Of a stretch of 64,000 nt of DNA, positions 22,164 to 30,426 are shown one piece after another (position 1 is the stretch's first letter; each line of letters opens with the position of its first letter). The stretch is from an uncultured Candidatus Saccharibacteria bacterium (GTDB taxonomy: Bacteria > Patescibacteriota > Minisyncoccia > Phycocordibacterales > DATGWK01). A program made the translations under genes and the position numbers. The stretch lies in NCBI GenBank assembly GCA_964356815.1, contig CAYHIR010000003.1:2198-66197 (forward strand), written 5' to 3'. The notes beneath the pieces were generated by a model, which saw nothing but the letters and a program-made list of their open reading frames with translations, searched no databases and was not told the origin of the DNA.

Positions 22164-22238
22164 GCACGTGTAGCTCAGCGGTAGAGCCGTCGTCTTATAC
22201 ACGACTGGTCCCAGGTTCGAATCCTGGCACGTGCACCA
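22164..22238 (+). tRNA. tRNA-Ile(TAT)
   Basis: GCACGTG/CACGTGC acceptor plus ACCA; anticodon arm GTCGT-CT-TAT-AC-ACGAC; canonical D and T arms. Confidence 0.92.
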
Positions 22239-22274
22239 CACTTGATTTTTCGGAACTATTCAATAGAATATCCA

Positions 22275-22409
22275 ACAGACCTCTACGAGCCGACAAATGA
22301 CCCCACAAGGCATCTCGGCTCACTGTCCCAAAGTTTGGCATCCTCCGCCAGATTAAAAAGGGACAACCACTCCTTGTCCACCGCGATATAAACGTTGCGG
22401 TGGTTTTTT
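22275..22409 (+). ncRNA. Candidate three-hairpin small RNA with C-rich loops
   Basis: TTGATT-16-TAGAAT upstream; stems GAGCCGA/TCGGCTC and TGTCCC..TGGC/GCCA..GGGACA; terminator CCACCGCG/TGCGGTGG-T6. Confidence 0.5.
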
Positions 22410-22481
22410 GTTATAAAGTTTTAAAAATTGGCCGCTAACAGAGGCTTGTTGACAAATAAAATTAACCTGCTAAAGTAGCGG

Positions 22482-22566
22482 CAGATTTACTTCGTTCCTT
22501 TTGACCCCCGCCGTCCCGGAAAGTTCTCCATGCACAACATGGATGAGCTCCCGGGCGGTTTTTTTA
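22482..22566 (+). ncRNA. Candidate small RNA ending in a hairpin-U tract convergent with ftsH
   Basis: TTGACA-16-(TGc)TAAAGT promoter; long hairpin followed by a T run. Confidence 0.35.
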
Positions 22567-22582
22567 TACAAAATCCGCCAGA

Positions 22583-24559
22583 CTACACCTGATGCTCAAT
22601 ATCTTTCTTCCTCTTCGGAACAATTCCACTCGCGATTAGCAAATTTTCAAATTCTTCGCGCTCGATTGTTTCCACTTCAATTAATCTTTTAGCGATGAGG
22701 TCGAGGGCGGTGCGATGTTTGGTAATAATTTCTTCGGCGCGGGCAAAACCGTTTTTCATAATCGCCGCCACTTCAGCATCAATTTCTGCACCAATTTTTT
22801 CTGAGTAATCATTGTCTCCCCCGCCACGTTGATGCATAGAAATCATCGGACCAGACTCGAAAGCAATCGGGCCGATTTTATCCGACATACCGTATTTTGT
22901 AACCATATCGCGAGCAAGTGCAGTGGCAACCTGCAAATCGTTTGAAGAGCCGGTGGTGAGATCGCCGAAAATATTTTTCTCTACCACATAACCGCCGAGT
23001 GACATGGCAATGTCGTCGAGAAATTCGCGCTTCGATTGGAGTTTGCGATCTTCGAGTGGTAATTTGAGCGTGTAACCAGCCGCGCGACCACGAGAAATGA
23101 TGGAAATTTTGTGCACAGGATCGGCGTATTGAAGGACAGAGGCAACGAGGGCGTGGCCAGCTTCGTGATATGCCGTGAGCTCTTTTTCTTTTTTGGAAAG
23201 AATGTGGCTTTTGCGCTCCGGTCCGAGCATCACTTTTTCTATTGAACGAATAAGATCATACTGCGAAATTTTGTTGCGATTTTCGCCAGCCGCTAAGATG
23301 GCCGCTTCGTTCATCAGAGAATAAAGCTCAGCGCCAGAAAAACCGGGTGTGCGCTCGGCGATCACCGTGAGCTTTACATCTTCGGTAAAAGGTTTGGACT
23401 TGGCGTGGATATTTAAAATTTCTTCGCGATCGCCACGGTCGGGCAGATCGAGCACCACTCGCCTATCGAATCGGCCAGGGCGAAGAAGGGCCGGATCGAG
23501 GACATCTGGCCTGTTCGTGGCCGCCATGACGATCACCTTTTCTGTTGGCTCAAAGCCGTCCATTTCTACCAAGATCTGATTGAGTGTTTGCTCGCGCTCA
23601 TCGTTGCCTCCACCAGCGCCAGCACCGCGCACTCGGCCCACGGCATCTATTTCATCGATAAAAATAATGGCCGGACCAGTCTGTTTGGCATTTTTAAAAA
23701 GATCGCGCACACGAGATGCGCCAACGCCCACAAACATTTCCACAAATTCCGAGCCAGAAATAGAGAAAAACGAAACGCCAGCCTCACCAGCCACCGCTCG
23801 TGCAAGCAAAGTTTTACCCGTACCAGGCGCACCCATGAGAAGAACGCCCTTTGGAATTCGCGCGCCAATATCAAAAAACTTTTTTGGATTGCGGAGAAAA
23901 TCTACAATCTCGCGCAATTCTTCTTTCGCTTCCTTCACACCCGCTACATCTTTGAAAGTTACTCTCTGCTTTTTGTCGTCAGGTGAAATCATTCGTGCTT
24001 TAGACTGACCAAAAGTAAACGCCTGCATACCCGCACCGCGCACTTGGCGTGTGAGAAACCAAATAAACAAAAGAATAAAAATTATCGGAATGATGATCGG
24101 TGCGAGACTTAGAAACCAAAAACCAAAACCGCCGGGGCTTTTAATATCCACAGTCACGGCCACAAGCTTCTCTGATGTGACGCCGTAATTTACGAGCGTT
24201 TGCGACAGAGGTTCGGCCGTTTCTTTTTTAGATTCTTTTTTCGAGCCATCTTTATATTCCACTTCAAGCTCATCGCCATTGACGGTAATTTTTGCCACAC
24301 TGCCAGCCGTCACATCCGCCGCGAGCTCTGAAAGTGGCGTCTGATCGCTCTCTTTCGGCGAAGTTTCAGAGATTATTGAGTAGGTGCTGATGATTAAAAC
24401 AAAAACGAGAAGCGTGACGAGTGAGTGCCACCAGAAATTGCCACCGAAGCCGCCACCAGAAACTTTTTTCTTCATCGGATTTTTACCACCTCGATTTTCG
24501 CGATCGCCGCTCATTTCCCCGTTATTTTTTTTAGATTTTTTGTCACGCGAATTATTCAT
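22583..24559 (-). CDS. ftsH: ATP-dependent zinc metalloprotease FtsH
   Basis: Two TMs, [20 protein letters not shown]. Confidence 0.98.
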   Translation of the reverse strand: MNNSRDKKSKKNNGEMSGDRENRGGKNPMKKKVSGGGFGGNFWWHSLVTLLVFVLIISTYSIISETSPKESDQTPLSELAADVTAGSVAKITVNGDELEVEYKDGSKKESKKETAEPLSQTLVNYGVTSEKLVAVTVDIKSPGGFGFWFLSLAPIIIPIIFILLFIWFLTRQVRGAGMQAFTFGQSKARMISPDDKKQRVTFKDVAGVKEAKEELREIVDFLRNPKKFFDIGARIPKGVLLMGAPGTGKTLLARAVAGEAGVSFFSISGSEFVEMFVGVGASRVRDLFKNAKQTGPAIIFIDEIDAVGRVRGAGAGGGNDEREQTLNQILVEMDGFEPTEKVIVMAATNRPDVLDPALLRPGRFDRRVVLDLPDRGDREEILNIHAKSKPFTEDVKLTVIAERTPGFSGAELYSLMNEAAILAAGENRNKISQYDLIRSIEKVMLGPERKSHILSKKEKELTAYHEAGHALVASVLQYADPVHKISIISRGRAAGYTLKLPLEDRKLQSKREFLDDIAMSLGGYVVEKNIFGDLTTGSSNDLQVATALARDMVTKYGMSDKIGPIAFESGPMISMHQRGGGDNDYSEKIGAEIDAEVAAIMKNGFARAEEIITKHRTALDLIAKRLIEVETIEREEFENLLIASGIVPKRKKDIEHQV

Positions 24560-24654
24560 TTAGCGATTATACAACAAAGCTCGCAAAGAGCGAAAAAATC
24601 CCGCGATTTGCCGACAATTTGCTATAGTTAGGCGACGCGAAAGCGCACACGACC

Positions 24655-25131
24655 ATGAACATCTTAATAGAAAACGGAAAAGCCACTTTCAATTATGAAA
24701 TTGGAGAAAAGCTCTACGCAGGCATCGAGCTTTTTGGCTTTGAAGTAAAAGCTCTCCGTGCCAAGCGCGGCTCACTCGAAGGCTCTCATGTTACCATCCG
24801 CGGTGGCGAAGCATACCTCATCGGCGCCTCTATCCCCGCCTATCAACCAAAGAACACGCCCGCCGATTACGATTCCGAACGCAATCGTCGCCTCCTCCTC
24901 ACAAAAGAAGAAATTTCCGAGCTTTCTGGCGGGGCTGGAGGCAAAAAATCTGTAGCCGCAGTCCGAAAAGGCAAGGATTTGACAATCATCCCTCTTTCGG
25001 TGTATAGTATAGGTCGGAAAATAAAGGTCAAAATCGGTCTCGCCACGGGCAAGAAAAAGTTCGACAAACGCGAAACCATCAAGCGTCGCGAAACCGACCG
25101 CGACATCCGCCGTGAGTTTAAAGACAGATAA
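24655..25131 (+). CDS. smpB: SsrA-binding protein
   Basis: AGIEL.G.EVKALR, R.RRLLL.K.EI, GKKKFDKRE. Confidence 0.97.
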   Translation: MNILIENGKATFNYEIGEKLYAGIELFGFEVKALRAKRGSLEGSHVTIRGGEAYLIGASIPAYQPKNTPADYDSERNRRLLLTKEEISELSGGAGGKKSVAAVRKGKDLTIIPLSVYSIGRKIKVKIGLATGKKKFDKRETIKRRETDRDIRREFKDR

Positions 25132-25170
25132 CCGCGCGTGCTCTTTGACAACTGTATCGGTCATTCATCT

Positions 25171-25320
25171 AATGCGTTTTTTTTGAGCGCTGAGTGAATT
25201 ATTCGTTTTGAAAAGACTCTGCGGAGGCGCTCGGCGCCGAGCAGGAGGAAAATTTTCACCAGAAAATTATTCCGTGCTTTTCGAAACAATAATTCGCAAA
25301 GCGCTCAAAAATAGCTCATT
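25171..25320 (-). repeat. Structured repeat family copy 2 (core 25215-25277 inside a long imperfect inverted repeat)
   Basis: GACTCTGCGGAGGCGC...TTATTCCGTGC; flanks TTTTGAGCGCT..GAATTATT / AATAATTC..AGCGCTCAAAA. Confidence 0.9.
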
Positions 25321-25322
25321 AG

Positions 25323-25716
25323 GGGGATGATCGGCCTAGACAGAAAATCATCTTGTGTTCGTGCAATGCGGAGCTCCGTTAACTCCTGAAACTGACGGAA
25401 ATACTAAGTGCAAACACACTAGTTACAAAAGCCAAATCTATTGTTTCTCCATTTTTTGGAGCCAAGGATTTCGCTTTCGCTTACGCTTTAGCCTAAGCGA
25501 CGTCTCGCAAGCTTATGTCTCATCGGCTGGCGGGGTGTTATAAATTGAGGCTCGAGTGTGTTCCCTTCTCGGTTCACACTTAAAAAGTAGAGAATCGTTC
25601 GGCGACAATTTTGCCTGTTCTCTATGTCGTCGATCTAAAACTTAAAACTGGCTAAGCATTGTAGAAGCGTTCACATTTCTTTTCTGCACGGCGGTTCGAT
25701 TCCGCCCATCTCCACC
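25323..25716 (+). ncRNA. ssrA: tmRNA; tag ORF 25410-25496, ANTLVTKAKSIVSPFFGAKDFAFAYALA*
   Basis: GGGGATG/CATCTCC-ACC acceptor, GGCGGTTCGATTCCGCC T arm, GCA resume codon, tag ending YALA; adjacent to smpB. Confidence 0.95.
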
Positions 25717-25750
25717 TTGACTCAAATCATTTTTTACTTATAATGTAACT

Positions 25751-25797
25751 ATTCTGGTAAGAATGGAAGAAAACCACCGGCAACGGTGGTTTTCTTT
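25751..25797 (+). ncRNA. Small RNA A1, antisense to the anticodon arm of tRNA-like RNA 1
   Basis: TTGACT-16-TATAAT; 25753-25767 complementary to 25895-25909; terminator GAAAACCACCG-GCAA-CGGTGGTTTTC. Confidence 0.65.
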
Positions 25798-25872
25798 ATG
25801 CGTTCTTAAATTAACCTTGAGCTCCTATTTTGTAGACTGTTTTTTGGTATAGCTTCGGTAAAGCCATACCGT

Positions 25873-25942
25873 GGGCCTGCTAATGGTTTAGGCATCCGTT
25901 CTTACCAGATGGGTGGCGCGGGTTCGATCCCCGTCAGGTCCA
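25873..25942 (+). ncRNA. Non-canonical tRNA-like RNA 1 (70 nt, TAC anticodon)
   Basis: GGGCCTG/CAGGTCC-A acceptor; mini D arm CTAA-TGGT-TTAG; 8-bp anticodon stem; GCGGG-TTCGATC-CCCGT T arm. Confidence 0.75.
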
Positions 25943-25982
25943 CAAATATTGACCGAGTAATTTTTTACTATATAATTTTGTT

Positions 25983-26064
25983 CGGTGGGGCAAAAAGTTT
26001 GCCACAAGTACTAAGTGGCATGGTGGATGCGACACAAAAAACCTCTGAATCCCAGAGGTTTTTT
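25983..26064 (+). ncRNA. Small RNA A2, antisense to the anticodon arm and 3' end of tRNA-like RNA 2
   Basis: TTGACC-16-TATAAT; 25984-25998 pairs 26164-26178; 26021-26033 pairs the 3' acceptor end; terminator AAAAAACCTCTG/CAGAGGTTTTTT. Confidence 0.65.
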
Positions 26065-26144
26065 GTTGTTTAATTTTTCTTAAAAGATTCTTGAACCAAC
26101 TATATTACATTTACCTGACGGGCGAGATTGGTAATCCCGTCCAT

Positions 26145-26214
26145 GGGTGCGCTAAGGGTTTAGACTTTTGGCCCCACCATCCAAGAGTAGCGGGTTCAAC
26201 TCCCGTCGCATCCA
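26145..26214 (+). ncRNA. Non-canonical tRNA-like RNA 2 (70 nt, CAC centred in a 9-nt loop)
   Basis: GGGTGCG/CGCATCC-A acceptor; mini D arm CTAA-GGGT-TTAG; ACTTTTGG/CCAAGAGT stem; GCGGG-TTCAACT-CCCGT T arm. Confidence 0.75.
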
Positions 26215-26222
26215 TCAATAAT

Positions 26223-26579
26223 CTACACCCCCTTCGGATCCTCCCCATACTTATTCGGACCAACCTGACCTTTAAGTGCGAGCAATACCAATAAAATAAT
26301 TACGCCAATGAAAGGAACGAGGCCGATCAAACACCACCAGCCGGTGCGGCCAGTGTCGTGCAAACGGCGAATGGTAACACCGATACCGGGAAGCAAAAAT
26401 GCTAAAGCATAAAGGAGAGCGATTAAGTCCGCGACATTTTTGCCAAATAAATTGCCGAAAACGATCCCGATAACGAGAGAGATTACAGTGTTAAATAAAA
26501 AGAAATACCAATATTCCGCCCGCTGTGCTCGCCCGCTAAAAACCGCGTACTTTTTTAAAACTGTTAAATAATGGTTCAT
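26223..26579 (-). CDS. DUF805 (YhaH-like) membrane protein
   Basis: KKYAVFSGRA.R.EYW, RRLHDTGR.GWW, GPNKYGEDP. Confidence 0.93.
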   Translation of the reverse strand: MNHYLTVLKKYAVFSGRAQRAEYWYFFLFNTVISLVIGIVFGNLFGKNVADLIALLYALAFLLPGIGVTIRRLHDTGRTGWWCLIGLVPFIGVIILLVLLALKGQVGPNKYGEDPKGV

Positions 26580-26599
26580 GAATAAAATTATACACCACA

Positions 26600-26824
26600 C
26601 TCAATATCGTCTTCGGTTTTCTATATTTTACCAAGCCAAACGACACAATCACTGAAACACTCGGCGATATTTCTGCCGATTTTCAAGAATGTTCAACTAA
26701 GCTATCTATGTGGCGACAGGCTCATGGACCGACAGTTGTAATCACCGCTGAAGCTCGAGCCGAATTAGACGGCATTCTCGACAATTGCAAAGCTACAACT
26801 GAAAACAGCGAGGAAAAACTTTAG
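26600..26824 (+). pseudogene. 5'-truncated gene remnant (about 74 codons, no start)
   Basis: Open frame LNIVFGFLYFTKP...QEC...ILDNCKATTENSEEKL*; upstream in-frame TGA at 26579 and no start codon before the TM segment. Confidence 0.45.
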
Positions 26825-26827
26825 AAT

Positions 26828-28666
26828 CTAATTACTTAAGAAAGAATTAACCAAAGATCTGGTGCGCGGACCAAAGACTCCGGCGCCAGGATCATCTTCT
26901 GATTGAATTAAACCGTAAGTTAACTGAAATCTAAAAACCGCCGCTTTTGTCAGTGGTCCGAAAAATCCCGTGACTAATTTTTCCGGATAAAATGTTGGCC
27001 AAAATGATAACCACCTCTGAAGACGACTCACTTCGCTTCCAACAAAACCAAGCTCTAAACTATTACCAAACGCTCCGCCGCCAGATGAAAAAATCTGCAA
27101 AGAATCAGGTGTGGTGCCAAAATTTTGTGAAGTTGGTGTCCTAGTAAATAACAGATTCTGTGTGGGATTTTGATTATTTAAAATGGCTCTCCGTCTCCAA
27201 GCGGTACTCCCACTACTAGTTACCACCGATCCACTAGTATCTTCTTCCTCTTCGCTTTCTATCACAGAACTACTATGTGTAAAAATTGTACCCGGACTAT
27301 CGGCGACACAGGTGAGAATGACATTGTCTTCCGTACAACTAACGACCGGATCGATGGCCATTACAGTAGCCAAACCCTCTACAATGGTCTGCGCAGAAGT
27401 GTCATCTGAGGTAAATGTATACGCTGTGCCGTTTAGAGTTATGGAAAAGATGTAATTTGCACCATCTAAATTGGCTGGCGTGAAAGTGACTGTCTGTGCC
27501 GCACCACCATAGCTTGCGTCGATCACAACCAAACCATAATTACCTTCTGTTCCACCACTCGTTCTTGTAAATGTCAGCATTGCACCAACATTAGAAACCG
27601 TGTAAGCCCCATTGGCAATGTAACTCGTACCAGAAGTAAAAATACTTCCAGCAATGACTGTAGCTATTTGAGTTGCAGTTAGAGCCGATGAACCGAGGCT
27701 AATAGCCACGCCGTCTATGGTTACAGACTGATCTGCGGCAGAAGCCAGTAAAGCATCCGATATGGTGACAGAAGCTGTAGCCACCACCCCGTTTACACTA
27801 GTATAGGTGTCGTCATTTATTGTAAGAGAACCATTACCAGAAGGGCCGGTGGCTTTCCTGATGAAAACTATCTCGTTAATACCAGACCCAGAAACGATAT
27901 AATCTTTCGCTGCATAACCAACATCGCCAGTGAGACCGTTTCGAATTGCGATCGTGACTTGATAAATATTCAAAGCTGAAGCTCCAAGATTGATGGCGGT
28001 TAAATTATCTATTTGAACAGAGCTGTCTGAAGCACTCGCCGCTAAAGCGCTGGAAATATAAATAATAGCACTCGCCGCTACCCCCACCACACCGGCAGTT
28101 GACGAACTTGAAGATATATTTGAGGCATTGTTGGTAAATGTAATAACCGTAGCGCTTGCTTCTGTACCAGTAGTCGTAAAAATTACATTTGTGGTAGCAC
28201 CACTCACAGTGAGCGCACCGTGGCCAGTATCAGAAACATTTGTAATGGTGCGGACAGCTGCAGAAAAATCAGCGATGGATCTAACGACACCGACAGAATC
28301 TGCTCTGTTGATTATCGCTGTATTGTTGCTACAATCTGTTTCGTCAAAAATATCTTCGCCGCCATCTTGAAATGTTATTGTGCATGTGCCAAAGACCACA
28401 GTCTCACCCGCCAAAGGTAACCCGGTAACAGAAAGTGTTCTTGTAGCTTTTATCTCTGTAACTCCCCCAGCAAAAGTGATGACTGGGATTGTGCCGTTTA
28501 CAGCGGCCGTTCCATTTGCAAAAGTAATGCTTGGTATGGTGGAAGCAGGAACATTTGCCACAGTTTCATTTTCGCTCAGTGTAGCAACCGCAAAAACGAT
28601 TAAGGGAAAAATATAGACAGAAAAAAATAGGGCAAAAATCAAAAAGAAAAACTCCTGCTTATTCAT
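26828..28666 (-). CDS. Secreted Thr/Ser/Ala-rich surface protein with C-terminal peptidoglycan-binding domain
   Basis: Signal peptide; internal repeats; LELG..GSEVSRLQ.WL...TGFFGPLTKAAV.RFQ...GVFGPRTR. Confidence 0.82.
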   Translation of the reverse strand: MNKQEFFFLIFALFFSVYIFPLIVFAVATLSENETVANVPASTIPSITFANGTAAVNGTIPVITFAGGVTEIKATRTLSVTGLPLAGETVVFGTCTITFQDGGEDIFDETDCSNNTAIINRADSVGVVRSIADFSAAVRTITNVSDTGHGALTVSGATTNVIFTTTGTEASATVITFTNNASNISSSSSTAGVVGVAASAIIYISSALAASASDSSVQIDNLTAINLGASALNIYQVTIAIRNGLTGDVGYAAKDYIVSGSGINEIVFIRKATGPSGNGSLTINDDTYTSVNGVVATASVTISDALLASAADQSVTIDGVAISLGSSALTATQIATVIAGSIFTSGTSYIANGAYTVSNVGAMLTFTRTSGGTEGNYGLVVIDASYGGAAQTVTFTPANLDGANYIFSITLNGTAYTFTSDDTSAQTIVEGLATVMAIDPVVSCTEDNVILTCVADSPGTIFTHSSSVIESEEEEDTSGSVVTSSGSTAWRRRAILNNQNPTQNLLFTRTPTSQNFGTTPDSLQIFSSGGGAFGNSLELGFVGSEVSRLQRWLSFWPTFYPEKLVTGFFGPLTKAAVFRFQLTYGLIQSEDDPGAGVFGPRTRSLVNSFLSN

Positions 28667-28770
28667 CAGTAGCTAATTGTAGGTTTTACCGCTCAATTTG
28701 TAAAACGCATAAAACCCTGTGATACAATATTGTTAATAGGTCGATTTAAGATAATTTTTTATTCTATTTT

Positions 28771-29001
28771 ATGAACAACAACGAACAAAAAGGTGGAACT
28801 TGTGGCTCATGTGGCAGAGGCGGCTCGTGCGGATGCGGCCACCACAGCATTGTTCCAATACTTACGATTCTTTTTGCCAGCACTTTCCTACTAGGTTACC
28901 AAGGACTTCTCGATACGGCGGCAGTCAATATTATCTGGCCGATTTTGGTCGGCATTGGCGGTATTGTGAAGATTACTGAAAATAATTGCGAGTGTTGCTA
29001 A
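28771..29001 (+). CDS. Small Cys-rich two-TM protein
   Basis: CGSC..CGCGHH N-terminus, two hydrophobic segments, CECC C-terminus; upstream TGaTACAAT. Confidence 0.7.
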   Translation: MNNNEQKGGTCGSCGRGGSCGCGHHSIVPILTILFASTFLLGYQGLLDTAAVNIIWPILVGIGGIVKITENNCECC

Positions 29002-29007
29002 AGGTCC

Positions 29008-29109
29008 AAACAAAGACCCTTTGAAGTTATCGGCGTCGTTTTCTACTGAAAACGCGCCTCACTCTCAGCCTCAGCGGCTTCCGAGAGTAACTTCAAAGGG
29101 TCTTTGTTT
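29008..29109 (+). repeat. Structured repeat family copy 3 (inside a 22-bp perfect inverted repeat)
   Basis: CGGCGTCGTTTTCTACTGAAAACGCGCCTCACTCTCAGCC..GGCTTCCGAGAGT; flanks AAACAAAGACCCTTTGAAGTTA/TAACTTCAAAGGGTCTTTGTTT. Confidence 0.8.
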
Positions 29110-29150
29110 TCCCCTAAATAATATGGCTCAACCCGTCGGCTGGCGAGAAA

Positions 29151-30410
29151 TTAACCGAAAGTGAAGGTGAAGGCCTTTAAATTTCCCTCCGGGATAGTTA
29201 TTTCTAAAACATGCTCACCGGCAGATGAGTCTTCTATCAACTTATAGAGCTTTGAATTTTTTACGGTCACAATTGACTCCTCATTTTCTATTCGGACATC
29301 GTCGCCGGCAAAGCTCGCGCTGAGTGGCACGCCGTCGCGAGTAATTTTTATTTGCGTCGCATCGTCGGCACTGGCCACGAAAAAAACATTCTTGGCTTTA
29401 TACTTTAAAGAAATGTGCGCTTCATCACTTCGACTCTCGGCGTATTGATTTGTAAAATTCCACTTGCCGGACAAATAAAACAGATTTGGAAATAAGTTTA
29501 CGGACTTTTCAGGCGCAGTTAGAGTTTGTAGACCAGTTTCGTTCTTCTGACCGTTTCCCAACGCTTCATTACGCGCGGCGCCAAAATAAATTTCCGATGT
29601 GACGGCGAAAGTTTGAGTTGTTGCATCAATTGGAGAAACAGTGCCTGAGCCAATCACATCTGAAACATTTTTGATGTTTAGAACTGCCATTCGCTCAGCC
29701 AAAAGCTCCTGAATTTTCTTTTCTGTCTCCGCGTATGCACCCTCGCCGATATGATCGTAGACAATGTAACCGTCTATGTCTATCAAATATTTCCGCGGCC
29801 AAAAACGATTTTCATATGCGTACCAAGTGGAAAAATCATTATCGAGCACTACAGGATAACCAATTTTTTCTTCAGTCACTGCATTTTTTACATTTTGAAA
29901 ATCTTTTTCAAACTCAAATTCTGGCGTATGAATGCCGATGATTACCAAGCCGTCTTTTTCGTATTTACTCCACCAAGCATTTAGAAATGGCTGAGTGCGC
30001 TGACAATTTATACAGCTATATGTCCAAAAGTCTACCAAGACAACTTTCTTGCCGATATATTCGCCGATCGTGACTGGCTTACCGTCGCCACCGGTATTTA
30101 TGAAACCATCGGGCGTAGTAATTTCTTTGGCCAGTTTATATTTTTTGGCTTTTTCTGCTTGAGATAGAAAGGAATTTGCCGCAATGACTGATGGGGCTGA
30201 TAAGGCTGGTAGAATTGGCGCCGGCATAGGACCAACTTCGGACTTTATGGGTGTTGCGTCTGGCGTTGTTGTGCTTGTATCACGAGGCATGACAGTAACC
30301 ACCTCTGCATCTGTCGGCCGTGCAGTTTTTTGTGATTCGAGGTAAAAAATCGCGCCGCCAATAAGCGCGAGGGCAACGACTAAAATTATACTTCTAAGTA
30401 AACTTGTCAT
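29151..30410 (-). CDS. Membrane-anchored thioredoxin-like protein (DipZ C-terminal-like)
   Basis: VDFWTYSCINC, HTPEF.FEK, GEGAY, C-terminal AFTFTFG. Confidence 0.9.
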   Translation of the reverse strand: MTSLLRSIILVVALALIGGAIFYLESQKTARPTDAEVVTVMPRDTSTTTPDATPIKSEVGPMPAPILPALSAPSVIAANSFLSQAEKAKKYKLAKEITTPDGFINTGGDGKPVTIGEYIGKKVVLVDFWTYSCINCQRTQPFLNAWWSKYEKDGLVIIGIHTPEFEFEKDFQNVKNAVTEEKIGYPVVLDNDFSTWYAYENRFWPRKYLIDIDGYIVYDHIGEGAYAETEKKIQELLAERMAVLNIKNVSDVIGSGTVSPIDATTQTFAVTSEIYFGAARNEALGNGQKNETGLQTLTAPEKSVNLFPNLFYLSGKWNFTNQYAESRSDEAHISLKYKAKNVFFVASADDATQIKITRDGVPLSASFAGDDVRIENEESIVTVKNSKLYKLIEDSSAGEHVLEITIPEGNLKAFTFTFG

Positions 30411-30426
30411 TTTTTATTTTTAGATT

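Noticed and set aside
25873-25942. Ordinary tRNA-Val(TAC)
   Set aside because: No U8/N9 linker, 4-nt D loop, 8-bp anticodon stem and C37; reported as tRNA-like instead
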